64,000 nucleotides of DNA from Octopus vulgaris (GCA_951406725.2 OX597820.1:15252001-15316000), one strand, 5' to 3'; counted from the first letter of the stretch, positions 25,123-38,594 are shown. Program-made: numbers and translations. The notes: generated from the sequence alone by a model not told the origin.

Positions 25123-28100
25123 TATGGTAATTTTTATTGATTTATTTTAATATTTTTTTAAAACTACTCTTCCCTTTAATAATTCGCATTGGAGTTGTTT
25201 AACAAGCCATACCTCCTTGCTGAGACACAGTAAAAGACACAACTAAGAAAGTTATAAATTGGTGGAATAACAGTTGTGAATAGCTTGACTCAATAATTCA
25301 TGTTCAGATGATATATATAACTTGTACACCTGTGTACAGTTATTTTCATGCTTGGCTGAACTCTAAACAATAACATAATTCCCAATTCAAACAATACAAT
25401 ATCTTCCAATACACACCCTATAAACATACTGTCATCCTAGTGTATTCTATGCCCTACCTATATATCACTACTTCCCAAAACCTACATACACCAAGCCTAA
25501 TTATTATTGCATACACCTAACATCTACTCTCCAGAAAAACAACTTGAGAAAAAACATTTATATATATATATATGATGTAACCACATTACTTCAGTAATGT
25601 GGATACACTCCCCATTTGTTATTTTACATTCTAAGACAGTAAGGTGTGATATGAAGGAAATTTGGCTGTTGTTTTGAGAATATCAAATGACAAAGTTAAA
25701 CATATTCGTCTGTTAAATTAAGATAGCTTCCTTTCTTTTTAGTGTTTTTTACTTCCTAAGTTCAGAGAAAGGGGCAGTGCTGAGGCTTTTGAGGTTGTCC
25801 AAGACCAGTGAGATTGATATCATTAATGTTCTTCTCGAACCTTTATAAGTGAACATCTGTAGGAAAGATATGATGAAGGAGGGAGTTTCTAGAGAGCCAA
25901 CGTTCTGGGAAGAAAGGACTGGGGTTGGAAGGATACAATGAGTGTAATGAGAAGAGAGACGAGCTTCATGAGGGAGAAGATAAGTTTAACTGACATGTTA
26001 AATTTTCACAAAATATAGTGCCTAATCTGTGCATACACATACATATGTGAGTATGTGTACATGTGTGTGTGTGGCTGAGTGGTTAGGGGGTTGCACTCAT
26101 GATTGTAAGATTGTGGGTTTTGATCCCTGGACTGGGCAATGTGTTGTGTTCTTGAGCAATACATGTCATTTCACATTGCTCCAGCCCATTCAGCTGGCAA
26201 AAATGAGCATCTTGTCCAAGAGAAGGAACATATATGCCACAGAATCCAGGAAACCAGCCTTATGAGCCTATGACTCAGGAAGGAGCTTTGACCTTTTGCT
26301 TCATGTATGTAATGTACAAACATACATATGTCATTGTTTCTTTTATAGCAGAAAAATATGAATGCACTGAATATAAGTTGGTACTGCAGGTATGCAGAGT
26401 CTGAGATATATTTAGTTAATAGCATTACATATCTGAACCTGACATCTTAGTCTGTTGATCTCACGGATGACTATAGTCATCAGAGACTATACTCAAGAAA
26501 ATATTCTCAATTTACTGAAGAGTGCAGTCAGCTACAAGGACGAATAAAAAAAGCTTCAAGCCTAGAATCACAATCTATTTTACCCTATCTCATGACAAAA
26601 CACACACACACTAGTCTTCATTGCGTTTGGTAGTAAAGTGAAAGTAGAAAGCTATAAAAGATAATGAGAAGTCAGCTAATTCTTAGTTTTACTAGAAATA
26701 AGAGATTTTAATCATAAAGATGGTGGTAAGCACCAAAAGATCAGATCAATTAAAATCACCATGTTTTACCAATTTGCACATTTTAAACAAATATTCTGAT
26801 GTTACTGACTTCTGAATGAGAAAGAATGACATTAAAAGATAAATGACTTTAAAGTGTCACAACTATCTTCATTTTGAAAATTGTGTTAGGGGAGTATGGA
26901 GACTAAGATGTAACGAAAATGAAATTCTTACAAACACATACAAATCTTATGTATATATAAACATATAAGAAATAATTAATAGTGACAGAAGCATAATTAA
27001 TATAAAAAGATAATATTTATCAGCAGTAATGGACAATTATCTCCCACTAGCAATATAAACCCAAGTGCTTATATGCACCACAAGTCTATATGAGAGGTTG
27101 TCTCATGATAAATAAAACAGTATTTTGTGTTCTAACACAACATCCACTTTTAAGGAGATAAACATTACCTATATACATGTATTTTGCTAAATACCTTTGA
27201 ACAGGGTTTGTTAACAAATAAGAACAAAGAATATCCTTGCTATAATTTATAACAAATAGGGACACTGTGTAATTAAGTGATATTATAAATATTGTGAAAA
27301 GGATTAGGACATTCTACATTTGCTGAATATATATTTCAGCAAATAGTTTTTGCTACATTTTGATTAGAAAATTTTCATTTTCCTGCAAGTTAGAACCATA
27401 ACAATCTTTCTATTAAGATTTCAGGAATACAAATTTTGTAAATCATCCAATATTGAAGAAGATTGGAAATTGAATGATCAAAATGTGAAGATAAAAATAT
27501 AGAAATGCTAATGGACCATTTGATGTCAGCATAATAATGCTTAAAATTTGAAAATGTAATGCATTGTTAAATTTTCAACAGAAGAACTGTTTCACAAAGC
27601 ATCTGTTACTTCCAACAATAAAAATGAAAAAAATTGTGAAACCAGTTACATAATTGCAAATAAATTTTTATGAAGTGAATTTTCTTAAATTGTATTTTTG
27701 AACTTTCTCTTTTCTTTACACTTTCTAGTGATGTGGAAAAAATGTTTTTCCTGTATAGTGTGTGTATGAAACAAACAAATAAGTGAAAACTTTCTCCAAT
27801 TTCAAATACAAACACATCACAAAATTAGAAAAAGAACAAAAAAAAGGAATGAAGTGTACTAAGATATTTAAATGTTATCAGGGAGAAAAGCATAGGAATA
27901 AAGGTAGAGAGGGGAGAGCCAAGTAAATATCAAGAGAATGTACATGAAAACATAAAAAGGAATGAGAGAGTGAGAGACAAAGAAAGAGGGGTTGCTTAGA
28001 AAGAGGGTTCAAAGATAACATAAAAGAGGTGGGAGAGCAGGGCTAAGGGGACAAAGCATTTGTTAGAGAAACACAGCATGGATAATGTCAACTGCAAAGT

Positions 28101-30216
28101 CTGTAAAGTTTGGGGTGGGCTATGGACTTGGCTAGTTTTGACCAATGATTATGACAAATGAGGATGATGATAACATTTCAGAAGTATAATTGAAATAATT
28201 AATTCAATTTTGTTTCATCATTTAAAAAAAAAAAAAAAAGGTTTTAGAAATATGTTTTAAATACAAAGCATACATATGTAAACAAATGAGAATAAAAAGA
28301 AAAAAAGGAAAATAGAAAGAGTCAATGAACTCATAACAAAGATTCCAATGCTCACAAGACATTTGCAGATTTTTCTGTGTCCTAACAGTTTTGTAGCCAT
28401 AAACCTGTAAACTATCCGATCAATGTTCCAGCCTCTTGATCTTTTACTTCATCTATAATCCTTTTAGAGTAAAGATATTTTTTTGTTTCTTTTAGTCATT
28501 TGATGGTGACCATGCTGGAGCACCACACTGCCTTTAGTCGAACAAATCGACTCCAGAACTTATTCTTTGTAAGCCTAGTACTACTTATTCTATCGGTCTC
28601 TTTTCCTGAAATGCTAAGTTATGGGGATGTAAACACACCAACATCAGTTGTCAAGTGATGATTGAGGGACAAACACAGACACACATGTATATATATATGT
28701 GTCTTTTAGTCTTTTACTTGTTTCAGTCATTTGACTGTGGCCATGCTGGAGCACCACCTTTAATCAAGCAACTCGACCCCAAGACTTATTCTTTTGTAAG
28801 CCCAGTACTTATTCTATCGGTCTCTTTTGCTGAACCGCTAAGTAACGGGGACGTATATATATATGACAGGCTTCTTTCAGTTTCCATCTACCAAATCCAC
28901 ACACAAGGCTTTGGTTGTCCCGATGCTATAGCAGAAGACACTTGCCCAAGGTACTACGCAGTGGGATGAGAACCCGGGACCATGTGGTTGGTAAGCAAGC
29001 TACTTACCACACAGCCACTACTGTGCCTATGTTTAAATTTGCTGAGATAGTTAATAAACTTCTCCAATGCTTTATTACTAGCACACACACACACACATAT
29101 ACACAATTTCATATATACAATACAGAAAGTTTCATAAATATTATCTGAGTGGTTATCAGCAAACTTCAGTGAACACAGTAAAAATAGAAATATAAAAATA
29201 GAGGCTTAGCATGGGGTCTTGTAACATAAATTCAGTGGTCATGCCTTGCAGTATTTATTATGAAATTCTACAGCCTGAATTAAAATTCTGCCAAGGTTAA
29301 GCTTGTCTTTTCACCTTTTTGGGGGTCAATAAATAAAGGGAATTAGCAGAATTGTTACAGAGTAACACAAAATGCTTTGCTCTGTCCTTTGCAATCTCAT
29401 GCAATGCCTGCCATAACACTGGTGCTTATCCTTCCCTTTACACAGTGTCAATGGAAATAACAGGCAACTGGCATGCATGGATAAGTGCTGGCCTTCAAAT
29501 AAATGAATAAATTGTCCTTGCCTGAGCCCATGCCATAAGAGATATATGAATCATAACAATTTGTAAAAGGCCACAAATTGCTTGTGGTGGAATTATTCCA
29601 TTTTTATGGAATATTTTACTAGGAAGCTCACTTGCTACACTGCACTTGGGAAACATTTATAGAATTATTCTGTTTCTAGCTGATCTGTAAAGGACAAATG
29701 AAGAGACATTTTTGTACGCATGACCTATTGAGTCAAGTACATCAACATCAAAAATCAAAGGAAATTGTAGTTGTGATCCCTGTGCCAGTGGCATGTAAAA
29801 AGCACCATCCGAATGTGGCTGATGCCAGCGCCGCCTTGACTGGCTTCCATGTCAGTGGCACGTAAAAAGCACCAACCGATCGTAGCCGTTGCCAGCCTCG
29901 CCTGGTACCTGTGCAGGTGGCACGTAAAAAGCACTCACTACACTCAGAGTGGTTGGCGTTAGGAAGGGCATCCAGCTGTAGAAACACTGCCAGATCAGAC
30001 TGGAGCCTGGTGCAGCCTTCTGGCTTCCCAGACCCCGGTCGAACTGTCCAACCCATGCTAGCATGGAAAACGGACGTTAAACAATGATGATGATGATGAT
30101 GACAGTCCAATGCATGGAGATAGATAACATGTGCTAGATGATGTAACAGAAGTAATGTAACTCAGAATAGACAATAAAAGAAACAATACATTAAATATTT
30201 ATTTAATTACTTGTTG

Positions 30217-30288
30217 ATCAGAGTGGTACAGTGGAAGCATGCTGGGCCCATAACCTAGAGGTCCACAGACTGAAACTAAATTCTGCTA
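30217..30288 (+). pseudogene. Initiator tRNA-Met (CAT) pseudogene
   Basis: ATCAGAGTGGTACAGTGGAAGCATGCTGGGCCCATAACCTAGAGGTCCACAGACTGAAACTAAATTCTGCTA aligns without gaps (72 nt) to the eukaryotic tRNA-iMet pattern AGCAGAGTGGCGCAG.GGAAGCGTGCTGGGCCCATAACCCAGAGGTC...ATCGAAAC...TCTGCTA. The T-arm/B-box and acceptor stem are damaged. Confidence 0.88.
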
Positions 30289-30383
30289 AGAAATAAGTAT
30301 AATTTTAGATGTTTACACATCTAAGTTGCCAAGAAATATAGCAACCATGAATATGTTTAAGGAGTCACCAACTGACTGGAGTA

Positions 30384-30601
30384 CCGTAAGCCCTCGACTA
30401 ACATGGGTGTTATGTTCCAACCCCACCCCACAACAGGTGAAAATCTGTGAAGTAGAAACAGTACTGTATATTTTTTTAATCATTTTTATAATTTGCCCAT
30501 ATCTATTTTATTATAAATGCAAAACAACACCATGGAGGAATCGGCGTAGGCTTAAATAATAAACTGCAATAGGTGAATCCTGATGTGGCGAGGGATTACT
30601 G
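30384..30601. mobile_element. pogo/Tigger-type MITE
   Basis: TA|CCGTAAGCCCTCG ... CGAGGGATTACTG|TA; 11/13 TIR match with TA on both sides. Confidence 0.7.
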
Positions 30602-31618
30602 TACAGCAAAACCCTAAAAGTGTAGTACGTAGAGATGATAACAAGAACAGGACTTTTAAGTTAGTATATAGGATTGACCTTAGTAAAGCAAAACTGCCAT
30701 TGATAGTATTTGAAATCGGGATGTACAGAATATCAAACTAAATACAACAAGGCATTTAATCTGGATCTTTATTGTTTCTGTCATGCTTTGATTTATGGTT
30801 TATCTAAAACTGAATATGTTATTTTTTTTGTTTTTGTCTTACTTTATTCTGTTGTGTTTGTAGAGAAATATGCAGTGTTTGTCTATTTTTTTTTTTGTTA
30901 GGTTGCTCTTGAAACGCATCCAAGAAAAAAAAAACAAACAAACATGCAAACTTGGTCATTCACAAAATTTAAACATAATTCCTCATCTTGCTCTTCTATT
31001 TTCCTTTTTCTTTATTCTTATCTCTTTATGTATGTATTAAATTCATGTTAATGTGTATGGGCACATACACATTAAGTAAAGTCTCCACACAGAACACATA
31101 TCATCCACACATATTTACACACACATACCAGCAAAACTTTTTCTTTTACTCGTTTTCATTACAACCACCACTACACTTTTATCTCACACACACACACACA
31201 CACACACATGCATGCACACACACACATGCATGCACACACACACACACACACACTCTAAAAACTGTGTATGTGAGTCTGTCTCCTTTAATGGCTATCCCTT
31301 GTTTTAATTTGAATAATTAATCCTCTGATGGTCCCAATGCAAATGAAATTTATTATGCAATGAAAATAATTGTAATTAATTCTGGAGAAAACAAAATTAT
31401 AATAAACAACTCAGAATTACCATTAAACATTTTTTTAAGAGGAATATTTATCAAGAGCCAACTGACCAGTTTTAACTCATTTCTCCACTGTATATATTTT
31501 GCAATAGCAAGTAATTTTGATTAGCCTCAACAAAGGATCATAGTTCTGCCAATGCTACGATCCATATCCATAACTTGTTGTTTGACTGACACTACTATAA
31601 CCCCTACCCTACATGAAA

Positions 31619-31918
31619 ACATTATTTACATTTGACGGATATTTATCCTCATCTTGTTTGTTGTTAACACAATGTTTCAGCTGATTTACTCTCCAGCCTT
31701 CATCAGGTGTCTTTGGGAATTTTCGAACCTGGGTTATCATTCCTAAGGTATTTTTCGATGTTATTATTATTATTATTCAGGTCACTGCCTGGAATTGAAC
31801 TTGGAATCTTGGGATTAGTAGCCCATGCTCTTAGCCACTATGCCATATGCCTGAGGACAAATATCCGTCAAATGTAAATAATGTACATAATTCCTCATCT
31901 CTTAAAAACAGAACTGTA
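31619..31918 (-). mobile_element. tRNA-headed, hammerhead-containing SINE/retrozyme-like element with an inverted terminal duplication (copy 1)
   Basis: Minus strand: tRNA-like head 31851-31779 (TGGCATAGTGG A-box, GTTCAATTCC B-box), (TAA)n at 31761-31777, hammerhead motif at 31711-31666. Inverted repeat 31619-31651 versus 31852-31884 (32/33 identical). Confidence 0.8.
31666..31711 (-). ncRNA. Minimal type I hammerhead ribozyme motif (probably decayed)
   Basis: GACAC-CUGAUGA-A-GGCUGG-agaguaaa-UCAGCU-GAAA-C-AUU-GUGUU: stem I GACAC/GUGUU, core CUGAUGA and GAAA, 6-bp stem II with two G-U pairs, no full stem III. Confidence 0.7.
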
Positions 31919-31929
31919 TTACCCACACC

Positions 31930-33060
31930 AAAAGTTCAAGTTCTTTCACTGTTTTATTCCTTCAAGACATTTTCCATTTTTTGCAAATTCCTTTCATTCT
32001 TCTTCACAAGCTCGTTGTTGACTGTTGATACATGATTTCAATGAAATCATTGTCACGTAGTCTTTTGAATGTGAAGATAACAATTCATAAATATTTACCA
32101 AATCAACAACCAAGAAGCAAAGATTTCTTCTAATAATAGCAATTTCATTGAGTTTGTTTACTAGATTTTTGAGAGTAGAAGACATTCAGTTACGTATAGG
32201 ATTATCCTAGACTGCTCTGATACAGGTGGCTGTCACTTCTCATGACTAGTGAACATTTTGAATTGTTTGTTTGATGTTAAATCATTTCCAAAATTCTTGA
32301 AGAGTAATAATACCTTGTCCAGTTGTAACTTCAGTTGCCTATGAGAAAGTTTGTTGAATAGAATAGGCCTAAGGTAAAAATACATGGACGTTAGTACAAA
32401 AATAATTGAGTAAGAATGACCAAGGGCACTATGAAGAATCAAAAGAACTTTGAAAACTTACTCATTTTTCTAGCAATAGCTTTATAATTTCTGGACATGA
32501 AATAATCTTTTAACAAGAACCATGACTTTTTAATCTCAACACTAAATAACTAGAAATGATTGTTTGTTGTATCCTTTGAAAGTCTTTGAGCTTATTGTTT
32601 GATCAATTTTCCTTTTGACTTCAGCTCAAAATTGCTCCCAAATAAAAGGGCTAAGCAATCTTTTGATGTATCGTAACCAGGTTGCAATGCTTCGTTTTTG
32701 CTAAGACAATTCTTAATGGGGGGAGTCATTTTCTTTTTGTGCCTTAATGGCAATTTCTTCAAAAAAAAAAAGGGTAATTTCATTAATGTTGAAAATTCCA
32801 AGAATTTTGAAATAATTTTCTTTTCTTAATTTCTTTCATCCAACTAGACACTTAACTGCAGCATCTTCATCGGCACCTTAATATTTGTCTTCTTTCAATG
32901 AAGAACAAAAGTTAAGAATTTTAATCATAAAATTATTGGAATTTGCTTCTGGTTACAAATCTTCCAACTGAAGTATTAATAGATCTTCTATTTCAACAAT
33001 TATTTGCAGGTTTAATGATGGGAAAGCTACTTCATCTTCACCTGTATCAATTCACTTTGC
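31930..33060 (-). mobile_element. Highly decayed pogo/Tigger (CENP-B-like DDE) transposase pseudogene
   Basis: Fragments in the expected order: ADEDAA, ...FFLKKLP, PGYDTSKDCLALLFGSN (cf. PGFKASKDRLTLLLGGN), FKVLLILHSALGH (cf. LLLLDNAPGHP) and ELLSSHSKD. Many frameshifts; boundaries approximate. Confidence 0.65.
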
Positions 33061-36000
33061 CCAAAATACTTTGTATTGTTAACTCACTTCTAACTTTAGT
33101 TTAGTTTTTCACCATGATCAAACATTTTAATAATGTCAAGTTTAATGTCAAGAAAGATAACTTTTTTTCTCCTTTTAGTAATTTCTACAATAGCATCAAT
33201 TTTTCATGTAGGAACAGCACAAACATGTGCATGTGTGTTAATCCTTTTTTGAATTTCAAGACACACAGTAAATTTGTAAATAAATGTATAACTCATCTGT
33301 TCACACCTGAGACTAAAAAGAAATAGAGGCACAGTAGCAAGGATGAAGAGACATTGTTGGCTCAGCAGGCCCCACGCAGGTATTTGCATGCCATTTTCAA
33401 AACAAAGTAATACTACTTTATAAGGTGAAAATTAAGGGATGGTTACAATAGACTTAATTGCAATAATTAACAGAGCATTCATTAAAACAACAGTAAGCAA
33501 AGAACAGTTATATCATCATCGTTTAATGTTCACTTTTCCATGCTTGCATGAGTCAGACTCAATTTGTGGAGGTAGGTTTTCTATGGCCAGATGCCCCTCT
33601 TGTTGCCAACCCTCACTAGTTCCCAAATAAGGTAATATTTCTCCATGACCAGACATAAGTCAGAAGATTGGAAATGAAGAATACTGCTTGCATGATTGGT
33701 GTCACTTGCAAACAACTATTATGCAATGTCAAAGAAAGGAGACAGCAACACACACACATTTTTATACATACACACGTATGCACACATATATTCATACATA
33801 CAAGTACATACAAATGTATTCACACACACACATACTCTTCTGTTAAATGAAAAATTACAAAGTTACAAATAAAAACACAAATGGATGAAATATAAACAGG
33901 ATTAAATTTGTACACAGCAGTTGAAGATTTAAAAAAAAAAAAGAAATTTTTGCAATTTTTGCTGAACAGCATAAATGAAATAAATTTCTTAGCAAATGAT
34001 AAGAAACAAGAAACTTCATCTGTTAATCTAATAACCATGTAAAGTAATATCTAAATTACAATTTAACAAGATAAAAAAAAAAATTAAGTATTTTAATTAT
34101 CATTTTACTTCTGTGCTGAAAACAATGAAGAAACTTGTTGCTTTCATTTTCTTGGTTTTTTCTCTAACGTAGTTCAAGAAATATAAGTTTACAAATTAGA
34201 AACCAAAAAAGACTTATTAAAAATAAACAGTCTTTTTTTATTTTCTTCTTCTGAAATGCCATCCAAGACAGATTTTAGTGTGGATATCTGCAAAATCAGC
34301 CAACCATTTACCCTGGCTGGATCAATTAATTTCATGCAGAAGATCCACTCTGGAAAGACCCCCAAGGAAAGCAACAGCAATAGTTAGATTAATATTGTTC
34401 ATAGTCCAGATGCCCAGCACACTTTACACTTACCCATGAAATATCTCCATTCTGGAAAAAAAATCAAGTTTAATGACAAATATCTCATTAAAAGAGAAAA
34501 GAAAAAGGAAAAAGAAAATGCTTAACTCCAGCATAATTTGTCGTTCAGAAATTATGCCTGAGTTTCTTTGGGGAAATTTACTAAAATCACTGTTATGTTC
34601 TCCTCAGATAACTTCTATTATTTTTTATAATCTAAACAAATTGTTTCAATGGTTAAGTCACTGAGTGGTATGTTACTTCTCTTAAGTCAATCTCGTTGAA
34701 AATAGTTGCTACTTCCCTCTCAAGGGTTAATGGTTGGAGTTGCTAAATGTTTTCTAAGTGTAAAACATATGCTACAGTAATTCATGCAAAAGTCTGAATT
34801 GGTTTCAGTATCTTAAATGGAGAGAGGAATTAATAGTGACAGACAACAAAGAGAGAATAACAGCAAACTCCAGTAATAACTACAGAGAACAAAACTCCAT
34901 TACATTTCATATAATGGGTTACAAGAAGAGAAATAAAACTTTTTTTTCTTAATATTTTAAATATAACTGTAAATTGAAGCTCTTCATATTCTGATATTTG
35001 CATGAATTAGTATAACAGATGACTGCTTCGCAAATGAATATTTTTGATGAGTAAAATGTTCAACCACAGAGTAAGATTGGTAGCTAATTCTTATCAGTGA
35101 GACTGAAGCAAACAGAGTAAAGTGACACATTACAATGCTTGTAGACAGCTGAAGATAAGCTTATGGTAGACATTTGGTATTAGTAAACAGTATATTAACT
35201 ACTAATATGATATGATATGCGTGACACTTATGCTTATCAGATATTATTAAAAGTGGAATGAAGTGAAATAATTACAATCAGATTGTAGACCAAATTTAAC
35301 AGTCTTTTCTATTCTATAATACTTAATATATATATATATATTTTTTTACAAACTGAACTAAGTTGAGTCAACGAAATTAGATAGACAGAAAAATAGTTTA
35401 GCCTGAAGATAACTCTCTCTTAACAGCTAAGCCAAACATCTGATTAAAAATTAGGAAATTTAACTATTTTAACTCAAACTACTTAACTGGTCACCTGTTG
35501 TATTATTGCAGTGTTTATTGTCTTTATTAATTTATCTGAGGTGGAAGAACAGGCACTTATAACATTTTGAATTATCTTGGATTGGGAATAACAATAGCCT
35601 AATGAGGTTGGAAAAGGTGAGGTTCTGTTTAAACATCAGAAAATTGATAGCTGGAAGGGAGTCCTGATGTATTGTAGCTCTGAAGAGGAAGGATCACATA
35701 AAGCATTTAATACAGGGTCTGAGAAGAGAGATACAATATGAGTAACAAGAAAAAAAAACAGATAAATTGAATTTAAGTGAAGATAGGCACTGATTTGGAA
35801 TGTCCTGAGGCTCAGAGACTGCTGTAGTTACAAAAGAAGAAAAAAAGGAAGGAGACATTAAGGAATCAAGAGATGAAATGTTAAGTGAAGATGTATTTAC
35901 CAAGAAATTACTCAGTTTTGAGATGAATTCAGAATGCATGCGTGCATGTGTGTGTGCACGCACGTCTGAATGATGATATACTAGCAGAGTGTACTGATGT

Positions 36001-36185
36001 CTTTTTTAGTGCATATCATTGGAAATACAAAGTTATATGGGTTGGATATATTCAGGACTTCATCCTTTCGGGGTCGATAAATAAAGTACCAGTTTCCCAC
36101 TGGGGTCGATGTAATCAACTTAGTCCCTTTGTCTGTCCTTGTTTGTCCCCTCTATGTTTAGCCCCTTGTGGGCAGTAAAGAAATA

Positions 36186-36218
<33 letters not shown>

Positions 36219-36469
36219 GGCTGTGAGCTGGAAGAATCATTAGCAAAATGCTTCCAGCTTCACAGCTTGAGTCTGAATTCTGCTGTGGTCAACTTTGCCA
36301 TACATCCTTTTGGAGTTGATAAAACAAGTACCAGATGAGCACTTGGGGATGTGTGTGGGTGGGGGGGGGTCAATGTAATCAACAATCCCCCCTTCTTCAA
36401 AATTTCAACCTTATGCCTATACACGAAATTATTATTATTATTGTTATTTATTATTATTATTACTATTTT

Positions 36470-37070
36470 CATTATCATCTTTCAATTCTGTTTCCATTTC
36501 TTGCCAAGTGTCTTCCTGACACCTAGGGCAGAGAAACGCACTGTATACATTGGTAGGCCATTAAAATAAAAATACCAGATTGTCCATTTACAAAGTCATC
36601 TGATAGAGAAAAAGGGGAAGAAAGACAGAGAAAAAACAAAAAAGTAAAAAAAAAAATGAAGGGGAAAAAGAGAGAAAATTCACAGTGACAATGCTCTTCT
36701 CAATATGTGTGACATACCAGTTAAAACAACCTTTTGCACTTCCTGCATGGATGGTAAGCCAGGAATCATTCTTAAATAATTTTTAGTTCCTTTTTTGATC
36801 ATTCCAAGTGCTCCTACAATCATTGGTATTGTAACCGTCCTGAGATGCCACCTCTTTTTGATTTCGATTAGGAAATCTTTATATTTTCTGAGCTTACCAA
36901 AATCTTTTGCCGAAATATTATGGTCATAGAGTATGCTCATGTCAATCAATAAACAGACTTCACTGTTATGGTCTTTCACAACAATATCTGGTTTGTTTGC
37001 TTTGATGGTCTGGTCTGTACATACTGGAAAGTCTCAAAGAATAGTTACATTTTCTCCCTCAGTTACAGCC
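36470..37070 (-). mobile_element. R4/Dong-clade non-LTR retrotransposon 3' fragment (restriction-like endonuclease domain)
   Basis: TDQTIKANKPDIVVKD...LIDMSI...KLRKYKD...IPMIVGALG...VQKVVLTGMSHILRRALSL* (stop at 36680); the 3' end runs into a (TAA)n-rich tract at ~36428-36470. Confidence 0.85.
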
Positions 37071-37916
37071 TGGATTTTATGGGGAGAGGGACAGTCAATC
37101 ACATCACCTCCAGTACTCAACTGATACTTAAGTTATTGACCCTAAAAGGATGAAAGACAAAACTGACCTCAGTGGAATTTGAACTCAGAACATAGCGACA
37201 GACGAAATACCACTAAGCATTTCACCCAGCATGCTAACAATTATGCCAGCTCGCTGCCTTAAGAATAATAATCCTTTCTACTATAGGCACAAGGCCTGAA
37301 ATTTTGGGGGAGGGGACTAGTCGATTACATTGACCCCCCCCCCCGCTCAGTATGCAACTGGTACTTAATTTATCAACCCTGAAAAGATGAAAGGCAAAGT
37401 CAACCTTGGTGGAATTTGAACTCAGAACGTAGCAAAGGGTGAAATACTGCTAAGCATTTCACCTGGCATGCTAACGATTCTGCCAGCTCACCAACTTAAT
37501 AATAATAATAATAATAAAAAAACTATTCATGAGTGCCTGTTTGTGCTGAGTCATGGATTTTTAGACAACTACACACACACACACAGGTAAATATGCATTG
37601 AGGATACTGTTGGACTCCATTTCCGAATGCAGGAGTTAATGTGTCATCAGGCAGTGATGCAGATCTATAAGTGTTTTGGTTCCTTTTACTACAACACAGA
37701 GCAGTCTAGAGCCACCTACCAATGTAGGTAAATGAAACTCCTGCACAATATGGAGCTATTTACAGTGTGAAGAGAAAATCAATGAATTATTGATAATTCC
37801 TTATATATTTCAGGTGAATCACCCCTGCAATGAATTTTTACAAACTAGATTTTTGCCACACGTTTTCTAAAGGTAAAAGTATGAGCAGTATCTGATTCAC
37901 CTGAAATAAGGAATCA

Positions 37917-38077
37917 CCATATTTTAAGGTGTATAAGGAACCCTTTTTTGTCAAAAATTAGATTTTAAAAAATGTCGGACTCTTTTATACATGGATAGTA
38001 TAACTCCTTACAAAACCTTTTTTTCCAAATTTTAAGCCCCCAGAATTCGGGGGTTCCTTATGCATGTTAAAATACGG
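37917..38077. mobile_element. MITE with ~27-bp TIRs (Tc1/mariner-pogo-like CCGTATTT terminus)
   Basis: CCATATTTTAAGGTGTATAAGGAACCC versus GGGTTCCTTATGCATGTTAAAATACGG (23/27 complementary). Confidence 0.7.
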
Positions 38078-38594
38078 TTATAAATCATTAATTTTGTCTT
38101 AACATTGTAAGAAGCTCTTATTAATTCACAATGCTTTCACTCTTCCATACTGTGTGTGGGCGCACGCGCGCATGTGTGTTAAATAACAGAAGTAAATTAA
38201 AGATAACTATTCAACAAAATAATATCAGAGACAGCCACAAATCTTGAAGGAAAAATTGGTACAGATTACCTAAAACCAGTGTTTGATTTAAATAGACCAA
38301 GTTTTAGATACACACAAACATGCGTAAACATGGAGAAGAATTATGTAACTTTCAACATAAAACATTCTGAAGGTGTCCAGTTGTTTACACACATAAACTT
38401 TCTAGGAATTAATTTTTCTAATTTTTTTTATATGCAGGGTTGAGCAACATTGAGTGAAGTTACTTTTTATGGGTTTTCAGTGTTTTTATTTTCTATTAAT
38501 TGTAAATTTAATTTAGTTTAGTTTAGGAGTGAAAGGGAAGATCCTATTAATTTAACAATTAGAATTTTCAATAATAAATAATGTAAAACAATAC

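Noticed and set aside
31779-31851. tRNA-like sequences as real tRNA genes (also the SINE heads at 195, 8275, 15980, 60537 and 61984)
   Set aside because: They lack a proper acceptor stem and each continues into a shared repeat body, so they are SINE heads.
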